Positions 1 through 10,400 of a DNA stretch of 64,000 bases are shown piece after piece. Position 1 is the stretch's first letter; each line of letters begins with the position of its first letter. Below the pieces are notes generated by a model, which saw only the letters and a list, made by a program, of their open reading frames with translations, searched no databases and was not told the origin of the DNA. The DNA lies in the NCBI GenBank assembly GCA_015233155.1, contig JADFYG010000018.1, positions 11,000-74,999 of the forward strand, given 5' to 3'. A program made the translations under genes and the position numbers. This DNA comes from Candidatus Rifleibacteriota bacterium (GTDB taxonomy: Bacteria > Muiribacteriota > Ozemobacteria > Ozemobacterales > Ozemobacteraceae).

Positions 1-420
1 CGCAAGGCGAAAATTCTGCCTCCTCTGTTAGAAATAGATGGCTGTCGCTATTATGTCGGCCGCAATGGCCGTCAGAACGATCTGGTTACCTTTGGGGTTG
101 GAAGACGCGGAGACCTCTGGGCACACGCAAATGATGTTCCTGGCGCACACGTTGTAGCCAGGCGACCCGGGAATACGCCTACTACGGAAGATGAACATCG
201 CGCGGCAGTCCTGGCCGCCTGGTTCAGTTTCGCGCGCGGAAGCGGAAAAGTTCCGGTCGATGTGACCGACATCGCTAATGTGAAACGTATTCCTGGCGGC
301 GGCCCCGGACGCGTTAATTATACGCATCAACATACCGTTTTTGTTGATCCGCGCGAGGCTCTTGAGTGGTTTCCGGACGGTCAGCCGCCCGAACAACAAC
401 GCAGCGACTGTAAAAAATAG
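1..420 (+). CDS. rqcH: C-terminal NFACT-R domain of RqcH/FbpA-family ribosome quality-control protein (5' partial)
   Basis: Frame 1 is open from base 1 to TAG 418-420: RKAKILPP...YYVGRNGRQNDLVTF...DLWAHANDVPGAHVV...AAVLAAWFS...VPVDVT...VKRIPGGGPGRVNY. These are typical NFACT-R motifs. Missing from the ORF track because the start lies outside the window. Confidence 0.85.
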   Translation, partial: RKAKILPPLLEIDGCRYYVGRNGRQNDLVTFGVGRRGDLWAHANDVPGAHVVARRPGNTPTTEDEHRAAVLAAWFSFARGSGKVPVDVTDIANVKRIPGGGPGRVNYTHQHTVFVDPREALEWFPDGQPPEQQRSDCKK

Positions 421-487
421 TTAAGAGTCGCTGCCCATGCAGTCGTGTATTTGACAGGTTCGACGCGCTAATATACCATGACTGCAA

Positions 488-2116
488 ATGAAACGATCAA
501 CGAACACAAAAGATTTAAACATAGGACAGCTCATGAGTGACATCTCTCTTGATGAAGAGAGATTGCTCGCTAATCTGGCTTTCGATCCTGTCAGCGCAGG
601 CAAACAGTTGTTCGACAAGCATTTTTCGGCCAATGATTTCCAGGGCGTGGAAGCCAATCGTATTCTGCTCGGAGCTATGCTCGCTTCGCTTGAAGCAGAA
701 GAAAATCTTAACCTTCCAAATCTGTATAAGCGGCTGACGGAAGAACAGAAGGCAGGCAAGCCAAAGCTTGACTGGATAGGTGGTTCGGAACGACTGCAGA
801 AGCTTTTCACCTCACCGTTCGCAATGTCCGGAGTCACGCAGTTAGAGGATCTGGACCCTTTAATTGACCGCATCCGTGATCGAAATACCCGATCATCCGC
901 GCGTCGTCTCCTGATACAGTATGGAGAAAAAGTGCTCAACACCGACACTGAGGTGTTCGAATCTCTCAGCGGCTGTCTGCAGGATCTGCGCACGTTATTC
1001 CTCCAGGGAAGCACAGGGTATATTCGCAATCTCGGCATCCACCTGGAAGAAATGCGCGATCTGATTTCGGCTAATCGTGAGCGTAAGCGTGACTACATAG
1101 GGTTTGAAACCACGTTTCCGATTCTCCAGGAGCGCCTGAGCGGCATCCAAAAAGAATTTTACCTCTTCACCAGCGGAGTCGGGATGGGCAAATCGACGTT
1201 TTTGACTCAGCTGGCCTGGGATCTCGCCAACATGAATCCCGAACTCACCGTTTTATTTTTCAGTCTTGACCTGAATCGCATCGATATTTCCGCAAAACTG
1301 GTTGCGCAGGCAGGCGAGGTCCCTATCGACTATGTAAAAAATCCGTATGTCACGAATCCAGCCTTTGAACAGCGACGTCAGATAGGCTTGGACAAGGTTT
1401 CCAAAATGAGTGAACGGCTTTTCGTAGTCGATGAATCTTCCGGACGCATTTTTATCGATGACATAAAAAGGCTCATAAGGCGGACAAAACTTGAACGCGG
1501 TGGTGAAGTAGCGGTTGTCATCGATCCTATTTTCAAAATACACATCAAGCAGGATCGCCTTGGATTCAACGAAAAATGTAATTTTTTAGCCGCTGAACTA
1601 AAGAGTATATCAGCAGTGGAGGGCGTTGCGCTTATTGCTTCGGCCGGGCTTCCGAAAGCCATCAGCGACCGTCGGCCAATTCGTGAAGACCTGGAAGAAA
1701 TCATGGGTCTGCTATACGATCCATATGTGGTCTTTTTTCTTTATTGTGATTATCTGAATGATTTTGACACTCCATTCCTGGAATGGCAATGGGGAAAAGA
1801 TAATTTCATGATTCCTATAACTGAGTTGATGATCGCGAAAAACAAAATGGGTATTATCAACACTCGCATTTTCTACAGATATTTTGAATCATATTCCCGT
1901 TTTAAAGAGTGCGCCCCCCAGGAAGTGGAAAACTATACGGCAATGATCGAAAATCTTCAAAAGTTCAAGGATGACAAACATCTCAAGGAACGTTCATCGG
2001 GAAATAGCGGCAGCGGCACTGGCGGGGGAAGTCGTCCCTCTTCCGGGTTTTCCGGTGGCGGTGGCGGCAGCGGCGGTGGCAGGGGTAATAAACAAGGGCG
2101 CGACGAAGAATTCTAA
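488..2116 (+). CDS. Divergent DnaB-like replicative-helicase paralog with Gly-rich acidic C-terminal tail
   Basis: DnaB-like N-terminal domain; Walker A SGVGMGKS (1172-1195), FFSLDL, VVIDPI, DRRP..DL, IAKNKMG align with DnaB motifs H1-H4 but with substitutions; tail ...GGGGGSGGGRGNKQGRDEEF. Confidence 0.75.
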   Translation: MKRSTNTKDLNIGQLMSDISLDEERLLANLAFDPVSAGKQLFDKHFSANDFQGVEANRILLGAMLASLEAEENLNLPNLYKRLTEEQKAGKPKLDWIGGSERLQKLFTSPFAMSGVTQLEDLDPLIDRIRDRNTRSSARRLLIQYGEKVLNTDTEVFESLSGCLQDLRTLFLQGSTGYIRNLGIHLEEMRDLISANRERKRDYIGFETTFPILQERLSGIQKEFYLFTSGVGMGKSTFLTQLAWDLANMNPELTVLFFSLDLNRIDISAKLVAQAGEVPIDYVKNPYVTNPAFEQRRQIGLDKVSKMSERLFVVDESSGRIFIDDIKRLIRRTKLERGGEVAVVIDPIFKIHIKQDRLGFNEKCNFLAAELKSISAVEGVALIASAGLPKAISDRRPIREDLEEIMGLLYDPYVVFFLYCDYLNDFDTPFLEWQWGKDNFMIPITELMIAKNKMGIINTRIFYRYFESYSRFKECAPQEVENYTAMIENLQKFKDDKHLKERSSGNSGSGTGGGSRPSSGFSGGGGGSGGGRGNKQGRDEEF

Positions 2117-2162
2117 CGTTTTTATTTAAGATAAATATTGAACCAAAGGCGGATGATATTAC

Positions 2163-4046
2163 ATGGAAACTGCGGTTGATTGTTTCCAACAGGGAGTCGA
2201 GTACCAGGAACGCGGTCTCTTCGATCTCGCAATAGAGGAATACATCAGGGCCCTGGAGGCCGACCCCGAAAATATAGATGTACTTGTAAATCTCGGTGCG
2301 GCATATCTGCAAAAGGGTCTGGCGGAACGTTCCACGCATGTCCTGAACAAGGCGCTTGCAGCGCAGCCCAACCACCCCCTGGCCTTATACAATCTCGGAA
2401 AAGCTTATCTTTACCGGGATGAGTCGGCTAAAGCACTCGACATTTTCCAGCGCGCGGCGGCAGTGATGCCAGACGACCCTGAGGTAAAAAAGTCGATTGC
2501 ACAATCATTATTGCATCTTGGCCGAAAAGACGAGGCCTGTGGATATTTCCGGGCGCTTCTCCTGGAGCTCTCCAGTGATGTACAAATGCATCTTTTGTAT
2601 GGGAAAACCCTGAGCGAGCTCGAGCGTCACACTGAAGCTCTCGATGTCTATCGCAAATCCGTCAATCTTGCTCCCGACTCCGGAGAAGCGCTCGAAGGAA
2701 TGCTCAGATCACAGCTGGCACTGGATCTCAAGGATAAAGCTCTTACCACCCTGAAACGCGCCATGATGGTCGATCCGAAGAATCCGGTTTTTCACACCAC
2801 CCTGGTCGATCTGCTCATCGATGAAGGAAAAGTCGATGAGGCCATTGCTCATCTGAAAAAAGCCCTATCCAGCGATCCCGCGCAGCCTGTACTTCGCAAA
2901 AAAATGGAAGAATTGACACGGCGGTTACCGGTTTTAAAAAAACGTGCAGGCATCGACCTGGTCGAAAAAAGCAGTCCGTTCGAAATGGAAGTGTATGACC
3001 TTCTCGATGGTTTATATGACGGCAGAATAACCCTGGAAGCAGCAATTCACTCCATGAAATCGCTGCATGCAAAAGATCCGGCCGATCTGTTCATAGCGGA
3101 TGAACTTGCCAATTTATTCTTTCAGGCACGCCTGTATGAAGATGCCATCGAACTGTACAACCAGATTAATAAGAGTGCTCCCGAAGTTCCGAGACATAGA
3201 ATCAACCTTGCGAAGTCTCTTGCTATGGGCGGAAATCTTCAACTGGCCCGCGAATTTCTCGAAGAATCCATTCGCGATATTCCGCAGGACGTCGAGTTGC
3301 CGCTGGCACTCGTCGAACTCTCAATCATCGAACGCACTTATCAGAAGGCGTGGCCGCTTCTGGAAAAAACTCTCAACTCTTATCCGGACAATTCGCACGG
3401 CCTGTTTTTATACGGTTTCATATCGCTGCGTCTGGGCGCACTCGATCGCGCACGCGAGAGTTTCCAGAAGGTAATGAAACTGGCTCCTGATGACGAGGAA
3501 GTCGCCGTCTGGTATTCACGATTGATGATTCTTCTGGGAACGCCGCAACTTGCTATCGAATCCTGGAAATCTTTTCAGGATGGCATCGAAAGTCTTCAGG
3601 AAGTACTAACGCGTGTAGAACTTGCGCTGGCCGCTGGAGACGTTTCGAGTGCGCGGGATATGATAAGCAAGGTTGGCGAGTATGAGCCACACTTCCTCGA
3701 AGACGAGGTTTTGTTCGGAAAAGCCTATTTCTACGCGGGAGACTTTACGAGCGCCGGAGAGCACCTCAATCGCGTTATAGCAAAAGATCCCAATCATTCC
3801 GAGGCACTTGCTCTGCTTGCCATGACACAGCTCGTTAAGAATAAGTCGGCTCGCTTCTGGATGCTATGGCAGAAAGCAATCGAAAGCGATTCGCTGTTTC
3901 CGGTACTTACCGGGCTCATTTTACGCCACGTGCTGAATTTCACACAGATTGAGCGACTCAGGAGCGAAACGCGAAAGCTGGTGGATCTTTCCATAAAGGA
4001 TGACATTGACCGGGCACGTTTGATCGCTTTCCTCAAAATGCTTTGA
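2163..4046 (+). CDS. Tetratricopeptide-repeat protein
   Basis: Repeated TPR consensus units (A..EY.RALE.DP.N.D...NLG.AY; ALYNLGKAY; GFISLRLG..D.A...F.KV..LAP.D). Confidence 0.9.
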   Translation: METAVDCFQQGVEYQERGLFDLAIEEYIRALEADPENIDVLVNLGAAYLQKGLAERSTHVLNKALAAQPNHPLALYNLGKAYLYRDESAKALDIFQRAAAVMPDDPEVKKSIAQSLLHLGRKDEACGYFRALLLELSSDVQMHLLYGKTLSELERHTEALDVYRKSVNLAPDSGEALEGMLRSQLALDLKDKALTTLKRAMMVDPKNPVFHTTLVDLLIDEGKVDEAIAHLKKALSSDPAQPVLRKKMEELTRRLPVLKKRAGIDLVEKSSPFEMEVYDLLDGLYDGRITLEAAIHSMKSLHAKDPADLFIADELANLFFQARLYEDAIELYNQINKSAPEVPRHRINLAKSLAMGGNLQLAREFLEESIRDIPQDVELPLALVELSIIERTYQKAWPLLEKTLNSYPDNSHGLFLYGFISLRLGALDRARESFQKVMKLAPDDEEVAVWYSRLMILLGTPQLAIESWKSFQDGIESLQEVLTRVELALAAGDVSSARDMISKVGEYEPHFLEDEVLFGKAYFYAGDFTSAGEHLNRVIAKDPNHSEALALLAMTQLVKNKSARFWMLWQKAIESDSLFPVLTGLILRHVLNFTQIERLRSETRKLVDLSIKDDIDRARLIAFLKML

Positions 4047-5509
4047 CAAGGATGACCATGCCACATTCTGCACATTCCAATCACCCGCATAGCCATAAAC
4101 CAGCGTTGATCGATAATCGCGATTTACGTGGTCTTCGCCGCCAGGTTTCTCGACTCAGGCGTTTTGCCAATTCCAAAAAGCTTGACGATCGTATCTGCGA
4201 TATCATCGATCTCAAAGGCTATTCTTTGGCGGTTTTACTGAACCGTCTTCCGAAACTGCCTGTATCAGTGCAGAAACGTGTCGCTAATCGTATAGAAGAT
4301 TTCCTGTTTTTCCATCCGGATCGCGGTCGGAAAATATTGGCAAGACTCGTCACCGCTATCAGGAAGGGCGATCCGATCTGTCGCCCTCATCTTCTTGCAG
4401 CGATTGCTGATGTTGCGGCACGTTCCGGAGAACGTATCGCTATTCCCGGCGATATTAACACGGAAGCCCTTGAACTTCTCGAAAACGGCACGGATTTTGT
4501 CCGGCGTGGCAAGGCAGTGGAGTTACTGTCGTTCGGGGAATGCAGCAAATCGATTCCGACCATGCTGAGAGTATTGCAGGACGCGTTGACAAGCATCGAC
4601 GCGGTTCCGAACTATCTGTTCACGGAAACGGTTCTTTTTGCCCTCAAACGACTTGGAGGCGAGGGACTGCTGCGTCTGCTCATTAATCCTCAATCCCGCG
4701 GAGGTCTGGAGAGATTTCGCCTGGATTGGCGCGATCGTCCTGAAGATGAGGCACAAGCTATTCTTCATGCAGTGCAATCGCTCGAAACCGAGTTTGGACA
4801 TCTTATCCTCAAGGTCGTCGAACTGTCCGACTTTGTTCTTCCATTTGTTTCCATGATCCATGAAGGTCTGAACCACACGGAAAAATGGATTCGTCAGACT
4901 TCAGTAGAAGCCATGAGCAAAGCCGGGAAACAAACCGACGATGAAGCCATGCTCAGAATGCTCGGCGATGCAGCCCCGGAAGTCAGGCTAATGGCGGTCC
5001 ATGCCCTTGGAAACATGCCAGCCTCACAAACAGGCGAAAAACTTTGCACCATAGCAGTTTGCGAAAGCGAAACCTACGAAATCAGAATGAACGCGTTATA
5101 CGCGTTGTTCGCGCAAAAAAATCGCACTGCGCTCGAAGCTCTCATAGCTGCGCCAGCCCTCACGATTTCAATAAATGCCCGTGGTCTGGCCGCTCTATTG
5201 TATTCTCGCGAAGAAGGTCTCAAGTGGCTTCTGCAAGGGCTGCACGAAATTCCGGCGACGCATATGCCCGAAGTGTTCCATTACATTCTTGAGATGGCTC
5301 GTCAGGAAGACCTTTCCGCACTTATAGTTGTTCACGAAAACTTGAAGGAAGTTTCCCAGCGGGAGGCTTTTGTTGCATTGCTCAGCCGTTTTCTGCAAAC
5401 TCGCGCCGGTCCGTCTCTTGACGCCGCGATGGAGGCTCTTGCTCCACGCGAGCGAGCGGCTCTTGCCGTCCTTCGTGACGGTTTCGGCAAGATCGATTTT
5501 GTTCATTAA
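4043..5509 (+). CDS. HEAT-repeat protein
   Basis: HEAT-like units (WIRQTSVEAMSKAG; D..PEVRLMAVHALG; EIRMNALYAL); 4-nt overlap with the TPR gene. Confidence 0.75.
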   Translation: MTRMTMPHSAHSNHPHSHKPALIDNRDLRGLRRQVSRLRRFANSKKLDDRICDIIDLKGYSLAVLLNRLPKLPVSVQKRVANRIEDFLFFHPDRGRKILARLVTAIRKGDPICRPHLLAAIADVAARSGERIAIPGDINTEALELLENGTDFVRRGKAVELLSFGECSKSIPTMLRVLQDALTSIDAVPNYLFTETVLFALKRLGGEGLLRLLINPQSRGGLERFRLDWRDRPEDEAQAILHAVQSLETEFGHLILKVVELSDFVLPFVSMIHEGLNHTEKWIRQTSVEAMSKAGKQTDDEAMLRMLGDAAPEVRLMAVHALGNMPASQTGEKLCTIAVCESETYEIRMNALYALFAQKNRTALEALIAAPALTISINARGLAALLYSREEGLKWLLQGLHEIPATHMPEVFHYILEMARQEDLSALIVVHENLKEVSQREAFVALLSRFLQTRAGPSLDAAMEALAPRERAALAVLRDGFGKIDFVH

Positions 5510-5599
5510 CGCATCGTTTCACACCGGAAATTGCTCATAACTAATGAGAGCATTTACAGACTTTGTATTATATTCGCGATCTTGCACCCCTTTATGAAG

Positions 5600-5666
5600 G
5601 GGTAATGGCATACTCTTAACTGACGACCAAATTTAACCACATATGGACATGGATGAACACAGATAA
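5600..5666 (+). repeat. Dispersed 67-bp intergenic repeat, copy 1
   Basis: GGGTAATGGCATACTCTTAA...ACCAAATTTAACCAC...GAACACAGATAA matches the reverse complement of 28969-29035 without gaps. Confidence 0.85.
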
Positions 5667-5724
5667 AAAAAACAATAATAGCCGTATCAGTTAAATTACC
5701 CACCACCCATGGAGGATTATTGAG

Positions 5725-7404
5725 ATGTTTAAACAACGAAATCGGTTTATGCTAAGCGTAGAGGCACGGCGCGACGTGCCCGTAGCGACAAAATTCAATG
5801 TGCTTAGATATAATAATGCAACAATAGCATTGTTGTTCATACTAACCCTTGGGCTTTTCGGTTGTGGCGGCGGAGGAGGTGGTGGCGGCGGAACTCCTGT
5901 TGGCCCGGATACCTCTCCACCAGCAACTATGCCGGAGCTTGCCGCGCCGACAAACGGGTACCAGTCAGCAGGGATTCCTGTATCCGGAACCGCTCTCACC
6001 GTCAAGAAATTTTTAAGCAATCAGAGCGACGAACTGGTCTTTTTCAATCGAACCGGCGCCCGTATGACAATTAATGTCGCGGCTCAATTGTCCGGAGCTC
6101 TGGCCGCTTCGCGCGTAGTATCCGGCAATACCGTCGCGAAACCCGATTCCTCTGTTGTTATTCCGCCGATTGACATCAGTCATTCGACCCGTCTCCATCA
6201 GGTCCTGCGTGATAATGAAAAACTCATGCCGCCATTTTCCCCGAACGCATCACGACGGGGATCAGTAATTGCCGCTCGCAAAGCCGACAATGTCGGCGAT
6301 ACGGTAAACTTTCGGGTATTGATGGGCACTGACCTTACGCAGCTCGGCACAGTTAATGCCACCTGTCGCAGCGTTACCTCTCTCAGTGGTTCGGGCGACG
6401 CCAATCTCAATATCTATCTGGATACGTCACTCGTATACGACACAACCGCGAAAAATTTCATCAGCCAGCTTGCCCAGGCCTGGCCCACTATTTACAACAA
6501 GGTCCGCGCCACATTCGGGGAAGAGCCGCCTGCGGATTTCAACAGTCTGGGCAAAGATATCAGCGTAGTCTTGTCTCCGGCATTGGAAATTGCCGGCTTC
6601 TTCAATTCCGGCGATCTTTTCCCACCGGATCAGATTGAAGGGGGAAAGAGCAATCAGCGCAAGATCTTTTACATGCAATATGCTCCCGCTAATTCGCAGA
6701 TCAGATTGACGGTCGCAGACACGGAAAGCACGATGGCTCACGAGTTTCAACACATGATCAATTTCTACCAGCGTAACAGCCGCGGTCTGAAGGAGGATGA
6801 CTGGCTGAACGAGGCTATGTCCGGGTATTCTGAGCATATTTGCGGCTTCACGATGACGACGAACAATATTTCCAAGGCATTGCAGGTGCAGAAGTTCTTC
6901 AATCGCACTCCCGATGTTGATCTGACTTTGTCCCCATGGCCTGGAACACTGGACCATGAACATTATGGCCAGGTATATCTTTTTGGAGTCTGGCTCGGGG
7001 AAAAATATGGCATCGACGGCTCCCTGCGCAATCTCGTCTCCGGAAACTTCGTTGGGAAGAGTGGGATCGCGGCAATATCGAACAAGCTCTTCGATGCCGT
7101 GGTCGCTGAATGGATGATCGCTCTCGTGGTCAATGACCAGACCAAAGGTGCAAAATACGGATACGAAGATATCGATTTATATACCACATACACGTATGAT
7201 GCCAGTGTCACAGGCAATGGCAAGTCTCAACAAATACAGTTTTCCGGCCCTTCCAGATTTACAAACAATGCTGTGTTGCCATTCAGTGGCGCCATTTCGA
7301 TTGATTCATGGTCTGGTGCTTACTTAAAGATCGGCGGAGGCAATGGTTCCGATCTTGTACTGAGCTTGCCTTCACAGGTTTCCGTGTTCGAAATGCATAA
7401 ATAA
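5725..7404 (+). CDS. Lipoprotein with zincin (M30/hyicolysin-like) metallopeptidase domain
   Basis: RBS GGAGG 5711-5715; lipobox LFG-C followed by poly-Gly; TMAHEFQHMIN (6739-6753) and downstream WLNEAMS. Confidence 0.8.
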   Translation: MFKQRNRFMLSVEARRDVPVATKFNVLRYNNATIALLFILTLGLFGCGGGGGGGGGTPVGPDTSPPATMPELAAPTNGYQSAGIPVSGTALTVKKFLSNQSDELVFFNRTGARMTINVAAQLSGALAASRVVSGNTVAKPDSSVVIPPIDISHSTRLHQVLRDNEKLMPPFSPNASRRGSVIAARKADNVGDTVNFRVLMGTDLTQLGTVNATCRSVTSLSGSGDANLNIYLDTSLVYDTTAKNFISQLAQAWPTIYNKVRATFGEEPPADFNSLGKDISVVLSPALEIAGFFNSGDLFPPDQIEGGKSNQRKIFYMQYAPANSQIRLTVADTESTMAHEFQHMINFYQRNSRGLKEDDWLNEAMSGYSEHICGFTMTTNNISKALQVQKFFNRTPDVDLTLSPWPGTLDHEHYGQVYLFGVWLGEKYGIDGSLRNLVSGNFVGKSGIAAISNKLFDAVVAEWMIALVVNDQTKGAKYGYEDIDLYTTYTYDASVTGNGKSQQIQFSGPSRFTNNAVLPFSGAISIDSWSGAYLKIGGGNGSDLVLSLPSQVSVFEMHK

Positions 7405-7420
7405 TGCGCATGAAGGTCGG

Positions 7421-10400
7421 GTGATAATTATGACGACCGTCTTCAACACGAGATTCAGCCCTCTGGTTGCCTTGGCCATTCTCGCGACATTCATTATCTT
7501 TACGGGTTGCGGCGGCGGCGGAGGAGGAGGAAGTGTCGGGAACGGTCCGATTGTAGATGTAGGCACCGTCTCCGGTGTCGTCATTGATCCTACGCTACTC
7601 GCTTCGCCTCATGGCGATATTCGTTCCGTCGGAACGAGATCACTACCAGGTGCAACTGTTTTCATCGAGGAAATGCCTTCCTTGCGCACGGTTACTGACG
7701 CAAACGGAGCATTCCAGATGCTGGAAGTTCCGATCAATCAGGATTTTCATCTGATCGTTCGATATGACTCGACTTCAGGCAGCGGTATATTTCGCACTCG
7801 TTCGGAAAAACTTTCCCTTACTTCTTCCATTCACCTCATCCATATCGATCTTCCGGTCCAGCGTGCCAACAATAGCGTCATACTTACCGTTTCAGATACC
7901 CACGGAAATGTCATTCCTAATGCCCAGGTCCAGGTATGGGGAGAGACTCAGCTGACCGATTCGGCAGGTCGTGTTATTCTTCAAATGCCTGAAGGCACAG
8001 TGGAAGTAATGGTTTCCTCCCCAGCTGTAACGCCGCTTTCCATAGCGGTGGTCTTCGCGACAACCGCGCCGGCGCAAGTTGGTGTTACGCTTTTACCAAC
8101 AGGCAGCAGCAACCGCCCCCCCCAGGTCGTGCTCAGTGTTGCATCCACCCAGATTGCAAAAGGCGAATCCGTAGTTTTGAAAGCCATCGGAACAGACCCG
8201 GACGGTGACCCTATAACTTATGCCTGGAGCGCCGAGGGCGGAAAGCTTGGTAACTTCGGCCCTGCCGATACAAGTGTGACATGGAATGCACCGGATGCAG
8301 ATATGATGGCTACGGTTTCGGTAGTCGTCAGCGACACGCGGGGCGGACAGTGCAGAGCAGCCATTAGTTTCCGCGTCGGAATCGGAGGATCGAATCGCGT
8401 TCCCAACGTTACCGCAACAGCTGATCCGGTGCGGGTAATGACGGGAGGCACAGTAACATTGCGTGCCACGGCCTCCGACCCCGATGGCGACTCAGTCTCA
8501 TTGTTCTGGAGCGCCCCATCCGGACTGTTATCCACTACAACAGGAGCGTTAATAACCTGGACTGCTCCCGGCACGGAGGGTTCATTTATCGTTACTGTCA
8601 AGGCGACTGACAGCAAGGGCGCTTCAACCGTAACAACGGTTCCGATCACTGTTTTCTCTAATCATGCCCCTGTAGTGGCGATTGTTTCCACAAGTACGCA
8701 AAGCATCCAGGGAGGCTCTCTCGCCCTTGTTGCGTCAGCAACTGATCCGGACGGGGATCCGCTTACATTGGTCTGGACGACCTCCGCTGGCAGTCTCTCG
8801 GCAACCTCCGCAAACAATACCACCTGGACCGCACCCATGCAGTATGGTTCATCGACGGTCACGGTAACCGCCAGTGACGGACGCGGTGGTGTTGCATCCA
8901 CCTCTCTCGTTCTGTATGTCCCTAACCCGGTAAACCAGTCTCCGGTGATTCTGGCCTTAACTCCGACTCTTACTTCAACTTTTGAAGGACAAAACGTTTC
9001 AATTACTGCTGCTGCAACTGACCCTGATGGGGACTCGCTTACATACACATGGACCACAACAGGCGGCAGTTGTAATCCTCAGGGAGCTGTAAACACGACT
9101 TGGATTCCTGGTTCCGGTCCCGCCACTTATTCGGTGGATTGTACAGTTACAGACGGACGTGGTGGTTCTGCGAAGGCATCGGTACAAATAAACGTAATAC
9201 CCGTGCTGAACCTGGCGGTCGGCGAACACAGTATCATCGATATTGCTGCGGGAGCCTCAGTATGGATTCCTACCCTGACCGGGGATGAAAGATATGGACT
9301 CGTCTTGTTTCCGCGCACGGAGTTTGCGGGCAGCTACCGGGTGCTTGTAAATGGCGGGGGAAGCCTGCTTCTGGACAAAAATGAGCCAGCTGCCAGCGTC
9401 AGAATGTCACAGTTTGCCGATGCTGCGCCTCGACAGGCGGAGACAGACGCAGTCATGCGGGAGCATGGTCGCAGCTCTATACCTGGAGGAACGGGAGCGG
9501 CTTCCTATCGCTCCGGCAGCAAGGTCTCTCTGAATGAAGTTAACATTGGAGATCAACAGGCATTTTCAGTCTGGAATGGCGGCGGAGGCCGAGTAAATAG
9601 AACCGGTGAACTGCGTTATATCGGTACAACCTGCAAGATTTTCCGGGACACGGCCGGATATAACGGTTACAATCCATCGCTCGTGACCGATGCTCTGATA
9701 GCCTCTTTCGCGATGGAGTTCGATTCACGTGTTTATCCGTTCATCATGACAAACTACAGCGCAAGCGATACCTATGCCCGTGATGGGGATATCAACCATG
9801 ATGGAAAAGTGACGATTTTCTTTACCCCGGTAGTGAATGCAATCGGAGCGGCTGGTTTTTTCGATCCTGATGATTTTAACGCCTGGGGGGCCACAAATCA
9901 GCGCGACATGTTTTACATGTGGACTCGTGATAACCGTTATTCGCTGGCCTGGTGGAACATGGCCACCATTGCCACTCTTGTCCATGAATTTCAGCATCTT
10001 GTAAGTTATGTAGCTCATCGAATCACGTTCGGCGGCAGTTCTGATGAAGAGGCCTGGTTAAACGAGGGTATGAGCGTCTGTTCCGAAATTCGATACATGG
10101 GTAGCCGCGATGAGCGTTTTGACGATTACCAGATTCAACCGGATGCCTTCTCATTGCTTGATTGGCCCTCGAATGCCGGACTCGGTAACTATGGTTGCGT
10201 AGGTCTTTTCGGTCTTTACGTTTTCGAACAACTCGGCACTGATACCATCAAGGCACTGGTGCAGACGAAGGATACGGGAGTTGACAACCTGAATGCCCGC
10301 GCGGCATCTCGCGGAGGGCTCTTCGGATTACTCCCGGATTGGGGAGTCACGTTGTTTCGGTGGGGACGCGGACTTCCGGCATCAGCTATGTTCGACTATA

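Noticed and set aside
28-399. Minus-strand 123-aa ORF in the track
   Set aside because: Antisense shadow of the plus-strand NFACT-R coding frame (1-420), which carries recognisable motifs.
488-2116. Prophage or plasmid replication module suggested by the DnaB-like gene
   Set aside because: No primase, integrase, structural phage genes or iterons nearby; the neighbours look chromosomal.
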